Assembly (NCBI GenBank): GCA_036676985.1
Contig: JAKFBU010000027.1
Location: 128,001-192,000 of the forward strand
Source: Candidatus Sericytochromatia bacterium
GTDB taxonomy: Bacteria; Cyanobacteriota; Sericytochromatia; S15B-MN24; UBA4093
DNA: 64,000 bases
Direction of reading: 5' to 3'
The notes under the pieces were generated by a model that ran no database searches, was not told the DNA's origin, and saw only the letters and a program-made list of their open reading frames with translations. This document shows, in pieces, positions 9,407-22,569 of the stretch. A program made the translations under genes and the position numbers. Numbering within the stretch: position 1 is the first letter of the stretch; each line of letters starts with the position of its first letter.

Positions 9407-9739
9407 CTAGCCGTTTTTACGGACCCATGTCTCCAGATCCAGCACCACGGGCTGGCGCGTACGCTTCGTGTGGTCCAAGAAGGCTTCCTTGATGCCGCTG
9501 TCCACCAGCTCCTCGGTGAGCTCCTTGACGCCATCGGTGCCCTCGAGGAACAGCACCTTGAAGTCGGGCTTGCCGATGGCCTGGCGGTACTCGTCGGCCT
9601 TGTCGGCGCTCGTGAAGTAGAGGGCCACGGGCACGCCTTCCTTGTCCTTGGCGACCATGTAGCCTTCTTCGTCGGGGGTGACGAGGGTGTAGATGCCCTT
9701 GGTCACGTCGAAGCCCTTGGGTTTTTCGTTCGCTGCCAT
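9407..9739 (-). CDS. Hypothetical protein
   Basis: AGGAGG RBS before ATG 9739; strong codon bias. Confidence 0.7.
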   Translation of the reverse strand: MAANEKPKGFDVTKGIYTLVTPDEEGYMVAKDKEGVPVALYFTSADKADEYRQAIGKPDFKVLFLEGTDGVKELTEELVDSGIKEAFLDHTKRTRQPVVLDLETWVRKNG

Positions 9740-9882
9740 GTCCACCTCCTTCGGAAACACCGCCTCCAGTGAACCACCAGGCAGGCCTTCCGGGCACATC
9801 AAGCTGGACGAGGAGCGTCGTGCATGCTGCCCAAAGGCGCTATAATGCAAGCCGCATCCCCCTTTTCCGCCCTGGAGCCCGC

Positions 9883-10716
9883 ATGCCGAGGAGGTTCGGG
9901 TGGTTCCGCCGTCCGGAGCCGCCCATGCCGATGGTTCGACCCACCGAGTTCCCGCTCACGTTCGAGGGGGTGCTGGCGGATGCCGTCGAGCGCAACCCTG
10001 CCGTCAATCCGCTCGCCGACACCATGAACCGGGCCCGCGACCTGGTGCCGGGGGCGGACAACATGGGCCGGACCCGGGACGAGCACGACCTCTTCCACTT
10101 GATCGACGGGCTCAGCGACGCGGTGGTCAAGACCTATCCGCAGAGCCAGTGCTTCGACGGCTGCGGTCGCTGCTGCAACTATCCGACGGCCTTCTTCGAC
10201 ATCTTCCCGGAGGAGTGGGCGCTCGTCCACGAGCACCTCGAGACGCAGTGGACCCCGGAGCGCCGCCAGGCCATGGTGGAGCGGTTCTGGGCGGATCACG
10301 GCCCGCGCATGTGGGTCGTCCGGATCTTCGAGTGGTTCCAGTCCGTCAACCTCCCCATCTTCCCGACCCGCAAGGTGCTGCCGCTCGCCTGCCCGCTGCT
10401 CGTGAACAACCGCTGCTCGGTCTGGGAGGCGCGGCCGTTGCCGTGCCGGACCTACGGGCAGTTCACGGCCAAGGTCTCCCCCTGGAGCCAGCCGCACATC
10501 TACGCGTGCGCGGAGCAGGGCGGGGCCCTCGGGGACGCGCTCCAGCAGGAGGGACTCCAGGTGATGCTGCCGGACGTGTCTCCGGTCATGATCAAGCAGC
10601 TGTCCTTCGTGTCGGGTCGCAAGCGCGTCATGGCGAGCTGGATCGCCCGCCACTACCCGCGTCCGGGTCGGCGCTGGAGCCTCCGGCGCCTCTGGGAGGC
10701 CGTCCGACCCCGCTAG
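9883..10716 (+). CDS. YkgJ-like CxxCxxCC cysteine-cluster protein
   Basis: CFDGCGRCC, CPLL..CSVWEARPLPCR; TATAAT at 9841-9846. Confidence 0.8.
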   Translation: MPRRFGWFRRPEPPMPMVRPTEFPLTFEGVLADAVERNPAVNPLADTMNRARDLVPGADNMGRTRDEHDLFHLIDGLSDAVVKTYPQSQCFDGCGRCCNYPTAFFDIFPEEWALVHEHLETQWTPERRQAMVERFWADHGPRMWVVRIFEWFQSVNLPIFPTRKVLPLACPLLVNNRCSVWEARPLPCRTYGQFTAKVSPWSQPHIYACAEQGGALGDALQQEGLQVMLPDVSPVMIKQLSFVSGRKRVMASWIARHYPRPGRRWSLRRLWEAVRPR

Positions 10717-10812
10717 CTCAGCCCTGCAACAAGCCGTTGTGCCGTTGTGACGAATTGTTACTATGGACCCACCAGACGATGGGCCCGCTGCGGGGCCCAG
10801 AAAGGGGGACCT

Positions 10813-11082
10813 ATGGAGTGGCTCGTCGGATTTGCCGGCCTCTGGGTGCTCTTCCAGTGGATCATTCCCATTGCGCTCCTGGTGGGCATCGGCGTGTGGG
10901 CCATGCGCGTCGCACAGCGCCGCAACCGCGGCCAGGAGGCGACCTTCTCGAGCGCCATGCCCGAGGAGCGACACGCACAGGAACGAGACTACCAGGACGT
11001 GTACTGGCCCCTGGATCCGGAGGCCTCGTCGGATCGAGACGCGCACCTGCACGTTCCGGGGCGCCACGATCAACTACGTTAA
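10813..11082 (+). CDS. Small hypothetical membrane protein
   Basis: Hydrophobic N-terminus; purine-rich RBS before ATG 10813. Confidence 0.55.
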   Translation: MEWLVGFAGLWVLFQWIIPIALLVGIGVWAMRVAQRRNRGQEATFSSAMPEERHAQERDYQDVYWPLDPEASSDRDAHLHVPGRHDQLR

Positions 11083-11202
11083 CCATTAAGCACGTTACCT
11101 AAAAACCAGGCGTGCGAGCGGTCGGGATCGGTTGGTCTCGACCGCTCGGCGGGTACATGGACCTGGATCTCGCTGTTGCACACCGAAAGGACGAGGCTTG
11201 TC

Positions 11203-12309
11203 GTGCGTCGGATCCTGACGCTCTGGGCCATGGTGGTGACGTGGCTATCCGGCAGCGCTCTCGCCCGGCCCGTCGACGCCCAGTCGCTGCCCACCTGCGC
11301 CGCGTGCCGTGAGCCCATCACGAGCACCTACATCCAGTACGGGCGGCAGCTGTACCACCCGCAGCACTTCACGTGCGCGGCATGTCAGCGGCCCATCGGC
11401 AACAAGGGCTATGTCCCGTATCAGGGCAAGCCCTATCATCAGGCTTGCTATGCCGAGGCCTTCGCGGAGCGCTGCGGGGTATGCGAGAAGCCGCTCGTCG
11501 GCCGCTACATCCAGAAGGACGGCCAGTCCTATCACGAGGCGTGTTATCAACAGGCGCTCGCGGAGAAGTGCTCGGTGTGCCTCCAGGGCATCACGGGCCA
11601 GTACTTCAAGGACGCCTGGGGCAACGTCTACCATGCGGCCCATCAGCGCCAGGCACCCACGTGCGAGTATTGCAGCCGGATCATCACGCCCCGGACGTCC
11701 TCGGGGGGGTACACCTACAACGATGGCCGCAGCGTCTGCGGCCTCTGCCACCGGACCCAGGTCTCGGGGGACGTCATCGCCCAGCCGATCGTCGAGTCCG
11801 TTCGCGATCGCATGGCCGAGTGGGGCCTGGTGGTCCCGAAGGAGGCGGCCCCGGTCATCCTGGTGGACCGTGCGACGCTGCGCAAGCTCTTGCGGCGCAC
11901 GGGGCATCCGGGCGGCCCCAACGTCAACGGCTTCACGTCGGTGTTGACCGAAAAGCGGGGCAACCAGATCGTCAAGCGCGAGATGGCGGTGTACGTGCTC
12001 TTCGGCATGCCGCGCGAGATCTTCGAGGGGACGGTCGCCCACGAGCTCACGCACGTGTGGATCAACCTCAACAACGGCCGTCGTTTGGATCCGGCCTTCG
12101 AAGAGGGCAGCTGCAACTACATGAAGTACCTGATCCACGCGAACTCGGAGAGCGAGCTTGCGTCTTACGCCATCAAGGCCATGCAGCAGGATCAGGATCC
12201 CGCGTACGGAGCGGGTTTCCGTCGGGTCAAGAACCTGGTGGACCGCCGGGGGCGCGAGGAGCTGTACGCGCTGCTGGGGCGTAGTACGGGGTTTCCCCTC
12301 GGGTACTAG
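11203..12309 (+). CDS. Secreted LIM-type zinc-finger repeat protein with DA1-like zinc metallopeptidase domain
   Basis: Signal-like N-terminus ending ALA; five Cx2C...[HC]x2[HC] fingers; AHELTH + EEG. GTG start inferred from a GAGG RBS. Confidence 0.8.
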   Translation: MRRILTLWAMVVTWLSGSALARPVDAQSLPTCAACREPITSTYIQYGRQLYHPQHFTCAACQRPIGNKGYVPYQGKPYHQACYAEAFAERCGVCEKPLVGRYIQKDGQSYHEACYQQALAEKCSVCLQGITGQYFKDAWGNVYHAAHQRQAPTCEYCSRIITPRTSSGGYTYNDGRSVCGLCHRTQVSGDVIAQPIVESVRDRMAEWGLVVPKEAAPVILVDRATLRKLLRRTGHPGGPNVNGFTSVLTEKRGNQIVKREMAVYVLFGMPREIFEGTVAHELTHVWINLNNGRRLDPAFEEGSCNYMKYLIHANSESELASYAIKAMQQDQDPAYGAGFRRVKNLVDRRGREELYALLGRSTGFPLGY

Positions 12310-12345
12310 CGGCCGGTCTGGCGTGACGTCACCGGGGTCCCTACG

Positions 12346-12456
12346 CTGGATTCCCGCTTCCGCGGGAATGACGGGAGCGGTCAATCGGGTCTACTGAAGG
12401 ATGCTTCCCACCGGTAAGTCAGCGCTCCCGTCACCCTCGCGAACGCGGGGGTCCAG
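12346..12456. repeat. Inverted doublet of CGTC-type REP palindromes (copy 1)
   Basis: 12346-12379 (reverse complement CGCTCCCGTCATTCCCGCGGAAGCGGGAATCCAG) and 12423-12456 (CGCTCCCGTCACCCTCGCGAACGCGGGGGTCCAG), between convergent genes. Confidence 0.8.
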
Positions 12457-12516
12457 GGTGATGCCATCCGGCCGTTGCTGCGAGGGATGCCGTGCTCCCG
12501 AAACAGGAGCTGAGCG

Positions 12517-13098
12517 TTACCAGAGGTTCCGCGAGCCCTGCTTCAGGTGGTAGTACGCCAGGAGCTTGTGGGCGCTGATGGAGGTCTGGAGCTTCTTCGG
12601 CACGCCGTGCACGTCACGGGGATTGCCGGGGTTCACGCCGAAGGTCACGTGGGGATCGTCGCCAGAATAGGCGATGCCGAGCCCGTCGAGCGCCGTGCGG
12701 GACTCCTCGCAGCCCCGGACCGTGAAGTAAGCGACTTGCCGGTTGGCGACGCCATAGCCGTCGAGGTACAGGTAGGCATCCTGCCCGCGGAACCGCTGGG
12801 CGAGCTTCTCGGCCTGATGGGGGGCGAGCTTCTTGAAGTACCCGACCGTCACGTGGAGCTCGTCGCCCTTGCGGGGCGGAATGGCATGCGAGAGGTCCAC
12901 GAAGCCCAGCTGCCGGCGCAGGCGGCTGGCCGTGTCGGCCACCTGCGGGCTCGGCTCGAACGTGAGGGCCAGATAGGAGCCCGAGTAATCGGCCGCCGAG
13001 ACGCGCGGCGTGGGGCTGGACGCGGGCAGGAGCGCGGCATGGCCGCAGCCCGTCAGGAGCAAGAGGGACAAACCAACCGAGAGCAGCCGAGTCAACAT
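12517..13098 (-). CDS. Lipoprotein with 2H-phosphoesterase signature
   Basis: Lipobox LTGC; two HxT motifs, LHVTV and PHVTF. Confidence 0.65.
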   Translation of the reverse strand: MLTRLLSVGLSLLLLTGCGHAALLPASSPTPRVSAADYSGSYLALTFEPSPQVADTASRLRRQLGFVDLSHAIPPRKGDELHVTVGYFKKLAPHQAEKLAQRFRGQDAYLYLDGYGVANRQVAYFTVRGCEESRTALDGLGIAYSGDDPHVTFGVNPGNPRDVHGVPKKLQTSISAHKLLAYYHLKQGSRNLW

Positions 13099-13325
13099 GA
13101 CGTACTTCCTAGCGTGAGCGGGTTTCGGCGGTTTCGGCTGGCGTAGCTTCGGTGATCCGTTCGGTTATCCCTGAGTGATTATTCGTTTCTTGTTCCAATC
13201 TTAATCAAAATTTCACGGATTCTCAAGTCTCTCGCGAGCCGGGAGCCATGACCGATGAACTCCAGCTTGCTCGCCGTTGCGGAGGGCCGGGCGGAGGGAG
13301 ACCATGGGGCCAGGAGGTGCAGGCG

Positions 13326-14075
13326 ATGCGTTGGGCCTGGTGGTTAGGGTCGCTGCTGGCGGCCGGATGTTCGATCCCCTGGCAAGGGCAGCCGCCGCCT
13401 GCGGTGCCGGCCGCGGCGGAGCCGACCAAGCTCTACGGACGCCCGCTCGAGCTCGTCAAGGATACCCGCCTGGTGCCGACCCCTCAGGGGACGGCGAGCG
13501 TGACGGCCATCGCCTTCGATCGCGACGTCATCCCGGGGGTGGCTCAGGTGGAGCTCAACGACTGCGGCCCGGCCGCCATCGCCACGCTGCTCGGGTTCTA
13601 CGGCATCCGGCCCCAGGGCGATCCGGATCCGCTGTTGGCCGTCAAGCGGCAAATGCCGCCCAGGCAGTGGGGGACGACCCTCGAAGAAGCCAACGACTAC
13701 CTGAACCGCACAGGGGCCCTGTGGTCCAAGCCCTTCCGAGATGGAACGCTCGACGCCCTCATGGCGATCGTGCAGGACGGGCGGCCGGTGCCGGTCGTGG
13801 TGACGCTCGACGGCAATCTGACGCGGATGCACTGGCTCTTGGTGGTGGGGCTCGCGAGAACGGCGGGGGGCGATCGCTTCGTGCTCTGCAAGAATCCGTC
13901 GGAGCCGGATCCCTTGGCCATTACAGCCTATTCCGAGCCCGTCTTCATGGAGGCCTGGGAGAACAGCCCGCTGCGCTCCCAGTGGTGGAGCAGCCTCCTG
14001 GGCGGGGTGACGGAGAGTCATCCTCAGAGCTACAGGCGCCCCTACCTGGACGTAGGGGCGCTCATGCCGCCGTAA
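13326..14075 (+). CDS. C39-like (papain-fold) cysteine peptidase lipoprotein
   Basis: Lipobox AAGC; Q..NDCGPAA, GTT, GRPV.V, HWLLVVG, NP; AGGAGG RBS. Confidence 0.75.
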   Translation: MRWAWWLGSLLAAGCSIPWQGQPPPAVPAAAEPTKLYGRPLELVKDTRLVPTPQGTASVTAIAFDRDVIPGVAQVELNDCGPAAIATLLGFYGIRPQGDPDPLLAVKRQMPPRQWGTTLEEANDYLNRTGALWSKPFRDGTLDALMAIVQDGRPVPVVVTLDGNLTRMHWLLVVGLARTAGGDRFVLCKNPSEPDPLAITAYSEPVFMEAWENSPLRSQWWSSLLGGVTESHPQSYRRPYLDVGALMPP

Positions 14076-14084
14076 GGCGGGAGG

Positions 14085-15245
14085 TTACAGTCCTTGCGGG
14101 ACCTGCAGGGGCTCGAAACTTCCCGTTTCGGCGATGCGCTCCTCGATCACGGCGAGGAACACCTCCACCACCTCGGGGTCCCACTGGGTCCCCGAGTAGG
14201 TCCGCAGGATCTCGAGGGCGCGCTCGCAGGAAAGCGCCGGGCGGTAGCAGCGGGTGGTGGTCATGGCGTCGAAGGCGTCGGCCACCGACACGATGCGCGC
14301 GAGCAAGGGGGTCTCGTCCTCGACCAGCCCGTCCGGATAGCCCCGGCCGTCCCAGCGCTCGTGGTGATAGAGGACCGTGGGGACGATGCCGCCGGCGCTC
14401 GGCAGGTTGCGCAGGATGCGCGCGCCGATGGTCGGATGCTCCTTGATGTGCTCGTACTCGGACTGGGTGAGCGGGCCTTCCTTGAGGAGGACCGCGTCCC
14501 GCACGCCGATCTTGCCGACGTCATGCAGGAACGCCCCCTTGTGGAGGTGACGGATCTCGCGGGGGCTGAGGCCGAAGCGCCGGCCGATGGCGACGGCGTA
14601 GTTGGCCACGCGATCGCAGTGCCCCTGCGTGTAGGGATCCTTGGCCTCGATGGCGGTCGCCAGGGTGTAGATCATCTCGTCGGCGATGCCGAGCTCGCCG
14701 GCGAGCTGGACGCTGCGGGCGGCGGTCGACGCCTGGACCGCGACGAGCTGGGCGATGGAGAGGCCGGCGTCCGCGATGGACTCGCCCTCGCCGGCCTCGA
14801 AGCAGAGCACGCCGAACACCTCACCGCCGTGCATGAGCGGCAGCGCCAGGCCGCCGCGAGAGGTGCCGTCGCGGTCGAGCGCTGGGTGGTGTCCGTCGTG
14901 GGCGACGTCCTGCGTGAAGGTGGCCGAACCCTGGTTGAACACCCAGCCGAGGACGCCCTTGCGCAGGGCGGTGGCGCGCTCGGGCACGACGACCGTGCCG
15001 AGCGCGCGATCGGCATGCCAGAGGCGATAGGTCCGATCGTCGCTCTTGATGGCAAGCACCACGCGCTCGTAGGAAAGGAAAGGGGCCGTGTGCTGGGCGA
15101 TCGCCCGTACGAGCATGGCGCCGTCGCCCGCCGCGCCGATGGCCGCGGCCAGCACGTGGAGGGCGTCCATCGCCAAGGCGTTCGGGGCGCTCAGGGCGTC
15201 GCCGAGGGGGTCACGGGGATCGGGCTCGGGAAATGGGCGCTGCAT
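14085..15245 (-). CDS. GAF + HD-GYP cyclic-di-GMP phosphodiesterase
   Basis: EAKDPYTQGHCDRV, HDVGK, HHERWDGRGYP, ADAFDAM; N-terminal GAF-like region; start uncertain. Confidence 0.9.
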   Translation of the reverse strand: MQRPFPEPDPRDPLGDALSAPNALAMDALHVLAAAIGAAGDGAMLVRAIAQHTAPFLSYERVVLAIKSDDRTYRLWHADRALGTVVVPERATALRKGVLGWVFNQGSATFTQDVAHDGHHPALDRDGTSRGGLALPLMHGGEVFGVLCFEAGEGESIADAGLSIAQLVAVQASTAARSVQLAGELGIADEMIYTLATAIEAKDPYTQGHCDRVANYAVAIGRRFGLSPREIRHLHKGAFLHDVGKIGVRDAVLLKEGPLTQSEYEHIKEHPTIGARILRNLPSAGGIVPTVLYHHERWDGRGYPDGLVEDETPLLARIVSVADAFDAMTTTRCYRPALSCERALEILRTYSGTQWDPEVVEVFLAVIEERIAETGSFEPLQVPQGL

Positions 15246-15460
15246 GCAGCTCAAGCCATGACTTGTCGGGAGGTGTTCGGCACGGCGACCTCTTCCTAAA
15301 GAACCGAGCAACGGACCGTTCAGTTATTCCACCAAACGGCCAAGCATTAACGATCTATTTATAGACGGTAAACGGCAATGGTTGCGTGCTCCGGGGCAGA
15401 TTGCGGAAACATGTCGCGGACGCCTTGCCGCGAAGGCGCACGGCTGCTAGGATCCAGTCT

Positions 15461-16192
15461 ATGGCGCAATCTGACGACTTTTCAGCGCTCGCAAATCAAG
15501 CGGCGGCCGATTTACCTCCCATCGGAGACCTCGCGGAGGTCCTCCAGGAGGTGCGGACCGCCCTTGCCGGGGTCGACAACGTCGGTCGGAGCGCGGACGA
15601 GCGCAATGCCTACGTGCTGGTGGACCGCGTGGTCGCGGCCCTGCGGCAGGCCTACCCGGCCTCCTTGTGCGCCCCCGGTTGCGGCCGGTGTTGCCGCATG
15701 CACCGGGCGCTCATCCGGGTGTATCGCTCCGAGTGGGAGCCCGTCGTCGATTACCTGCTGACCTGGCCCCAGGAGCGCCGCGACGATCTGATCGAGGCCT
15801 TCTACGCGCAATACGACCTGTACCTGCTGGACCTGCACGCCATCCAGCGGGCCATCGACGCGGGCGATCGCCCCAGGGTCACCGAGGAGGAGCTGCCCGT
15901 GAGCTGTCCGTTGCTCGTGGACGGCAGTTGCTCGGTCTATCCGGTGCGCCCCGCCATCTGCCGCGGCTACGGCCACTTCGAGCTGACCAACGGCCCGGGC
16001 GATCGCACCGAGGTCTTCGCCTGCCCGCCTCAGAAGGACGTGCTCGAGGCCCAGCTCGCGCCGACACCCGGTCTCAAGCTCCGCCTGCCGAGCTTCAACC
16101 CCTTCTACCAGGCCGTCAGCGACGTCTGTGCCGGCGAGGAGAAGCTGCTCATCCCCCTCTGGTTCGAGCGGAGCTTCCCCCGGCCGCGCTGA
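15461..16192 (+). CDS. YkgJ-like CxxCxxCC cysteine-cluster protein (second paralog)
   Basis: CAPGCGRCC, CPLLVDGSCSVYPVRPAICR. Confidence 0.8.
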   Translation: MAQSDDFSALANQAAADLPPIGDLAEVLQEVRTALAGVDNVGRSADERNAYVLVDRVVAALRQAYPASLCAPGCGRCCRMHRALIRVYRSEWEPVVDYLLTWPQERRDDLIEAFYAQYDLYLLDLHAIQRAIDAGDRPRVTEEELPVSCPLLVDGSCSVYPVRPAICRGYGHFELTNGPGDRTEVFACPPQKDVLEAQLAPTPGLKLRLPSFNPFYQAVSDVCAGEEKLLIPLWFERSFPRPR

Positions 16193-16280
16193 CTCAAGCG
16201 CCAAACCGCCTGATTGCCTTGTATTGCAGGCAATGGCGTGCTTCAATGTCAGAGTCGATCGCCCCCATGTCAGGAGACGT

Positions 16281-19062
<2,782 letters not shown>

Positions 19063-19088
<26 letters not shown>

Positions 19089-19944
19089 CCCCGAGCCCAC
19101 GCTCGCGAGGGATCCGGCGCTCGGCCTCTGGAACCAGTGGTACGCCGTGTCCCCGGTTGGCCGTCTGTCGAACGAACGTGAGGTCTTCCGGGTGGCGGGC
19201 CGCGAGGTGGCGCTCACCCGGGGGGCGGAGGGACGCATCCTGGCAGAGGAGGGGACGATCCTCGAGCAGGACGCCTACGTGTGGCTATTCGTCGGAGACG
19301 GCGAGCCTAACGGCCGGCCTGCGCCCCTCGGGCTCTTCCACCGCCAGGGTTATGCCTTCTCGCAGCGCACGGTCCGCGTGCGGGCCGATTATCGCTGGGT
19401 GCTCGAGAACTCGCTGGACTTCTCGCACGGGGCGATCGCCCACCCCTTCACCCAGCCGAGCTGGCTCTTGAAGCACCTCAAGGGTTTACCCCCCCTCGAG
19501 GCCACCTACCGGCCGACGCCGGAAGGCCTCGAGGTCGTCGGCAAGCTCGGAAAGCTGACGGTCTTCCACCACAGCTTCATGCTGCCGGACCGCCTCCGCC
19601 TCGTGATCCTGCCGGGCACGCCGTTCGAGGTGGAGATCGTCGTGCTCCACGTCCCCGAGGATCGCCGCAGCTGCCGGATGGAGGTCGCCCTCGCCCGCCG
19701 AGCCCTGCCCTGGGAGGGCCGCACGCCGCGCTTCGTGCATGGCTCCCTGCTGGTGCACCGCCAGGACGTCGTGATCGTCGAGGCCCAGCAGGCAGCGCTC
19801 GACGCCGGTCCTGCCATCGGCGAGCGGCACTGCGAGGCGGACGCCTACACCCTGCTCATGCGCCGCGTCCTCGCGGCCGCGGCCGACGGCGGCTGGGACC
19901 CGGGCCCGGGCGAGAGCCGGTCCATCCGGATGCGGGTGTCGTAG
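19063..19944 (+). CDS. Rieske-type oxygenase catalytic subunit lacking the 2Fe-2S binding segment
   Basis: ENSLDFSHGAIAH mononuclear-iron motif and QDVVI ligand region present; no CxH or CxxH. Confidence 0.75.
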
Positions 19945-19945
19945 C

Positions 19946-20290
19946 ATGGACGGCTGGATCCAGGCCTGTCCCCGGGCCGACCTCAAGGGCAAGAAGCCCC
20001 TGAGCGTGCAGATCGGCGAATGGCCGGTGGTTCTGTTCCGGGGGGACGGCGGCATGCCGTGGGCGCTGCTTGACCGCTGCCCCCACCGGGGCGTCCCGCT
20101 CTCCCTCGGATCGGTCTGCCGCGGGCGCATCGTCTGCTGCTACCACGGCTGGGAGTTCGACGGGGACGGCCGCTGCACGCACATCCCCTCCAACGTCGAG
20201 CCCACCGCGCCGAAGGCCATGGTGGCGCGCTTCGAGGTCAAGGAAGCGGCGGGGTACGTGTGGGTCCGCCCTACGCCGCAGGAGCCTTGA
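19946..20290 (+). CDS. Stand-alone Rieske 2Fe-2S domain protein
   Basis: DRCPHRG...CCYHGWEFDG. Confidence 0.9.
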   Translation: MDGWIQACPRADLKGKKPLSVQIGEWPVVLFRGDGGMPWALLDRCPHRGVPLSLGSVCRGRIVCCYHGWEFDGDGRCTHIPSNVEPTAPKAMVARFEVKEAAGYVWVRPTPQEP

Positions 20291-20942
20291 AGCGGAGCTT
20301 GGCGAGAGCTTTCGGCCAGTAGAAGGTCAGAAGCATGAGGACCAGGTCCAGGTGCACCCCGATGACCGCCGTGCGCATCAGGGGGGTCAGGGTGGCGAAG
20401 CGCGGGCTGTTGTCCGCGAACCACAGGAAGTCCGTCCGGAACTCGACCGCGACGTAGAACATCCAGGCGAATAGCATCTCGCACCCGAGGGCCACCATCA
20501 TGACGTTCAGGAACCAGTGCATGCGCCGGTGGACGGGGTTCGTCAGGGCCGCGAGCTCTTCGCGCCAGCGCCAGCGCAGGCCCAGGAGCATGAGGATCAT
20601 GACGAGGTCATGGCCGATGCCGATGGGGGGGACCCAGGCCTTGGGGCCGTACATGAGGTAGAGTTCGCCCACGCCCCGGATCATGAAGCCCAGGAAGAAC
20701 AGGCCGTACAGGCGTCGCAGCACCGGCGGGACGCGCCGATTGAGCCAGAAGGCGCACGGCAGCATGAACCACGTCGCCAGCGCGTAGGTGAGCCAGAGGG
20801 CGTTCTCCATGGTGATGGGACCGCCCAGCCTATCCGGCTGGTTCTGGTGGAAGAAGTAGGCGACGCCCGTCGCGTACAGGATCCCGAGCGCCAGAAGCGG
20901 GATGGGGCCGTGGATCCGGGGAGATGGTGTGCTGGCAGCCAT
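20271..20942 (-). CDS. Hypothetical polytopic membrane protein
   Basis: About six hydrophobic segments; start at 20942 or GTG 20978. Confidence 0.65.
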   Translation of the reverse strand: MAASTPSPRIHGPIPLLALGILYATGVAYFFHQNQPDRLGGPITMENALWLTYALATWFMLPCAFWLNRRVPPVLRRLYGLFFLGFMIRGVGELYLMYGPKAWVPPIGIGHDLVMILMLLGLRWRWREELAALTNPVHRRMHWFLNVMMVALGCEMLFAWMFYVAVEFRTDFLWFADNSPRFATLTPLMRTAVIGVHLDLVLMLLTFYWPKALAKLRFKAPAA

Positions 20943-21064
20943 GGCGGGTATTATGACATTGGCCACCACGTGGGGCAAGCTGCTTGGCCCGGTGGCCCTT
21001 GCACGGAGCCCCGACGCTTCGCCGACAGCGAACGCTGCCTCGACCCGGTCCCCGGAGCCTAGCG

Positions 21065-21667
21065 ATGCCCTTTGCCCTCAGCCTCATCCCCATCGACTGG
21101 ACGCCCGAGCCCTGGGCGGCTCGGGCCTTGAGCCTGCTCATCCTCGTGTGGGCCGCGAGCGAGGTGCTGTACCGCCTTAAAGGCGGCATCCGGAGCCGGG
21201 AGGACGGCAAGTCCAGCGAGGCCATCGGGCTTGCGATGCTCTTCAACCTGGCGGCCATCCCCCTGTTGGCCGCGTTGCGCGTGGGGACCGTGACCTGGCA
21301 CGCGGCGGAGCTCTCGGTGGTGGGGCTCGCGATCGCGGTACTCGGTACCGCGCTGCGGTACTGGGCGATCCTGACGCTGGGTCGCTTTTTCACGAGCGCG
21401 GTCATGATCCAGTCGGACCAGCGGCTGATCCAGCACGGGCCCTTCCGGCTGCTGCGGCATCCGGGTTACACCGGGGTGCTCCTGTTCGGGCTGGGCGTCG
21501 GGCTCGTGTTCGCCAACCCCCTCGCGAGCCTCGGCTTCATCCTCACGCAGGGGGCGGCGCTCATCTACCGGATCCGGGTCGAGGAGGCCGTGTTGCGGCA
21601 GTCGTTCGGGGTAGTCTTCGAGGACTACTCGCGCCGAACGTGGAAGCTGGTGCCGTTCGTCTACTAG
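21065..21667 (+). CDS. Isoprenylcysteine carboxylmethyltransferase (ICMT/PEMT) family membrane methyltransferase
   Basis: TLGRFF, LIQHGPFRLLRHPGYTG, RIRVEE..L..FG..Y. Confidence 0.9.
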   Translation: MPFALSLIPIDWTPEPWAARALSLLILVWAASEVLYRLKGGIRSREDGKSSEAIGLAMLFNLAAIPLLAALRVGTVTWHAAELSVVGLAIAVLGTALRYWAILTLGRFFTSAVMIQSDQRLIQHGPFRLLRHPGYTGVLLFGLGVGLVFANPLASLGFILTQGAALIYRIRVEEAVLRQSFGVVFEDYSRRTWKLVPFVY

Positions 21668-21680
21668 CGGCAGGGAACGC

Positions 21681-22467
<787 letters not shown>

Positions 22468-22569
22468 GCCCGCCCCCTCGATCAAAGGAGAGTTTATGCT
22501 TAGGTTATACCCAGGTTATGGGAAAACCTGACGTGCCGTTGGCGGACGGTCGTAACGATTTGTGGCGGG

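Noticed and set aside
12346-12456. CRISPR array interpretation of the palindromic repeats (also 33976-34089 and 49375-49440)
   Set aside because: Only two units per locus, the REP units are inverted rather than direct, and there are no cas genes.
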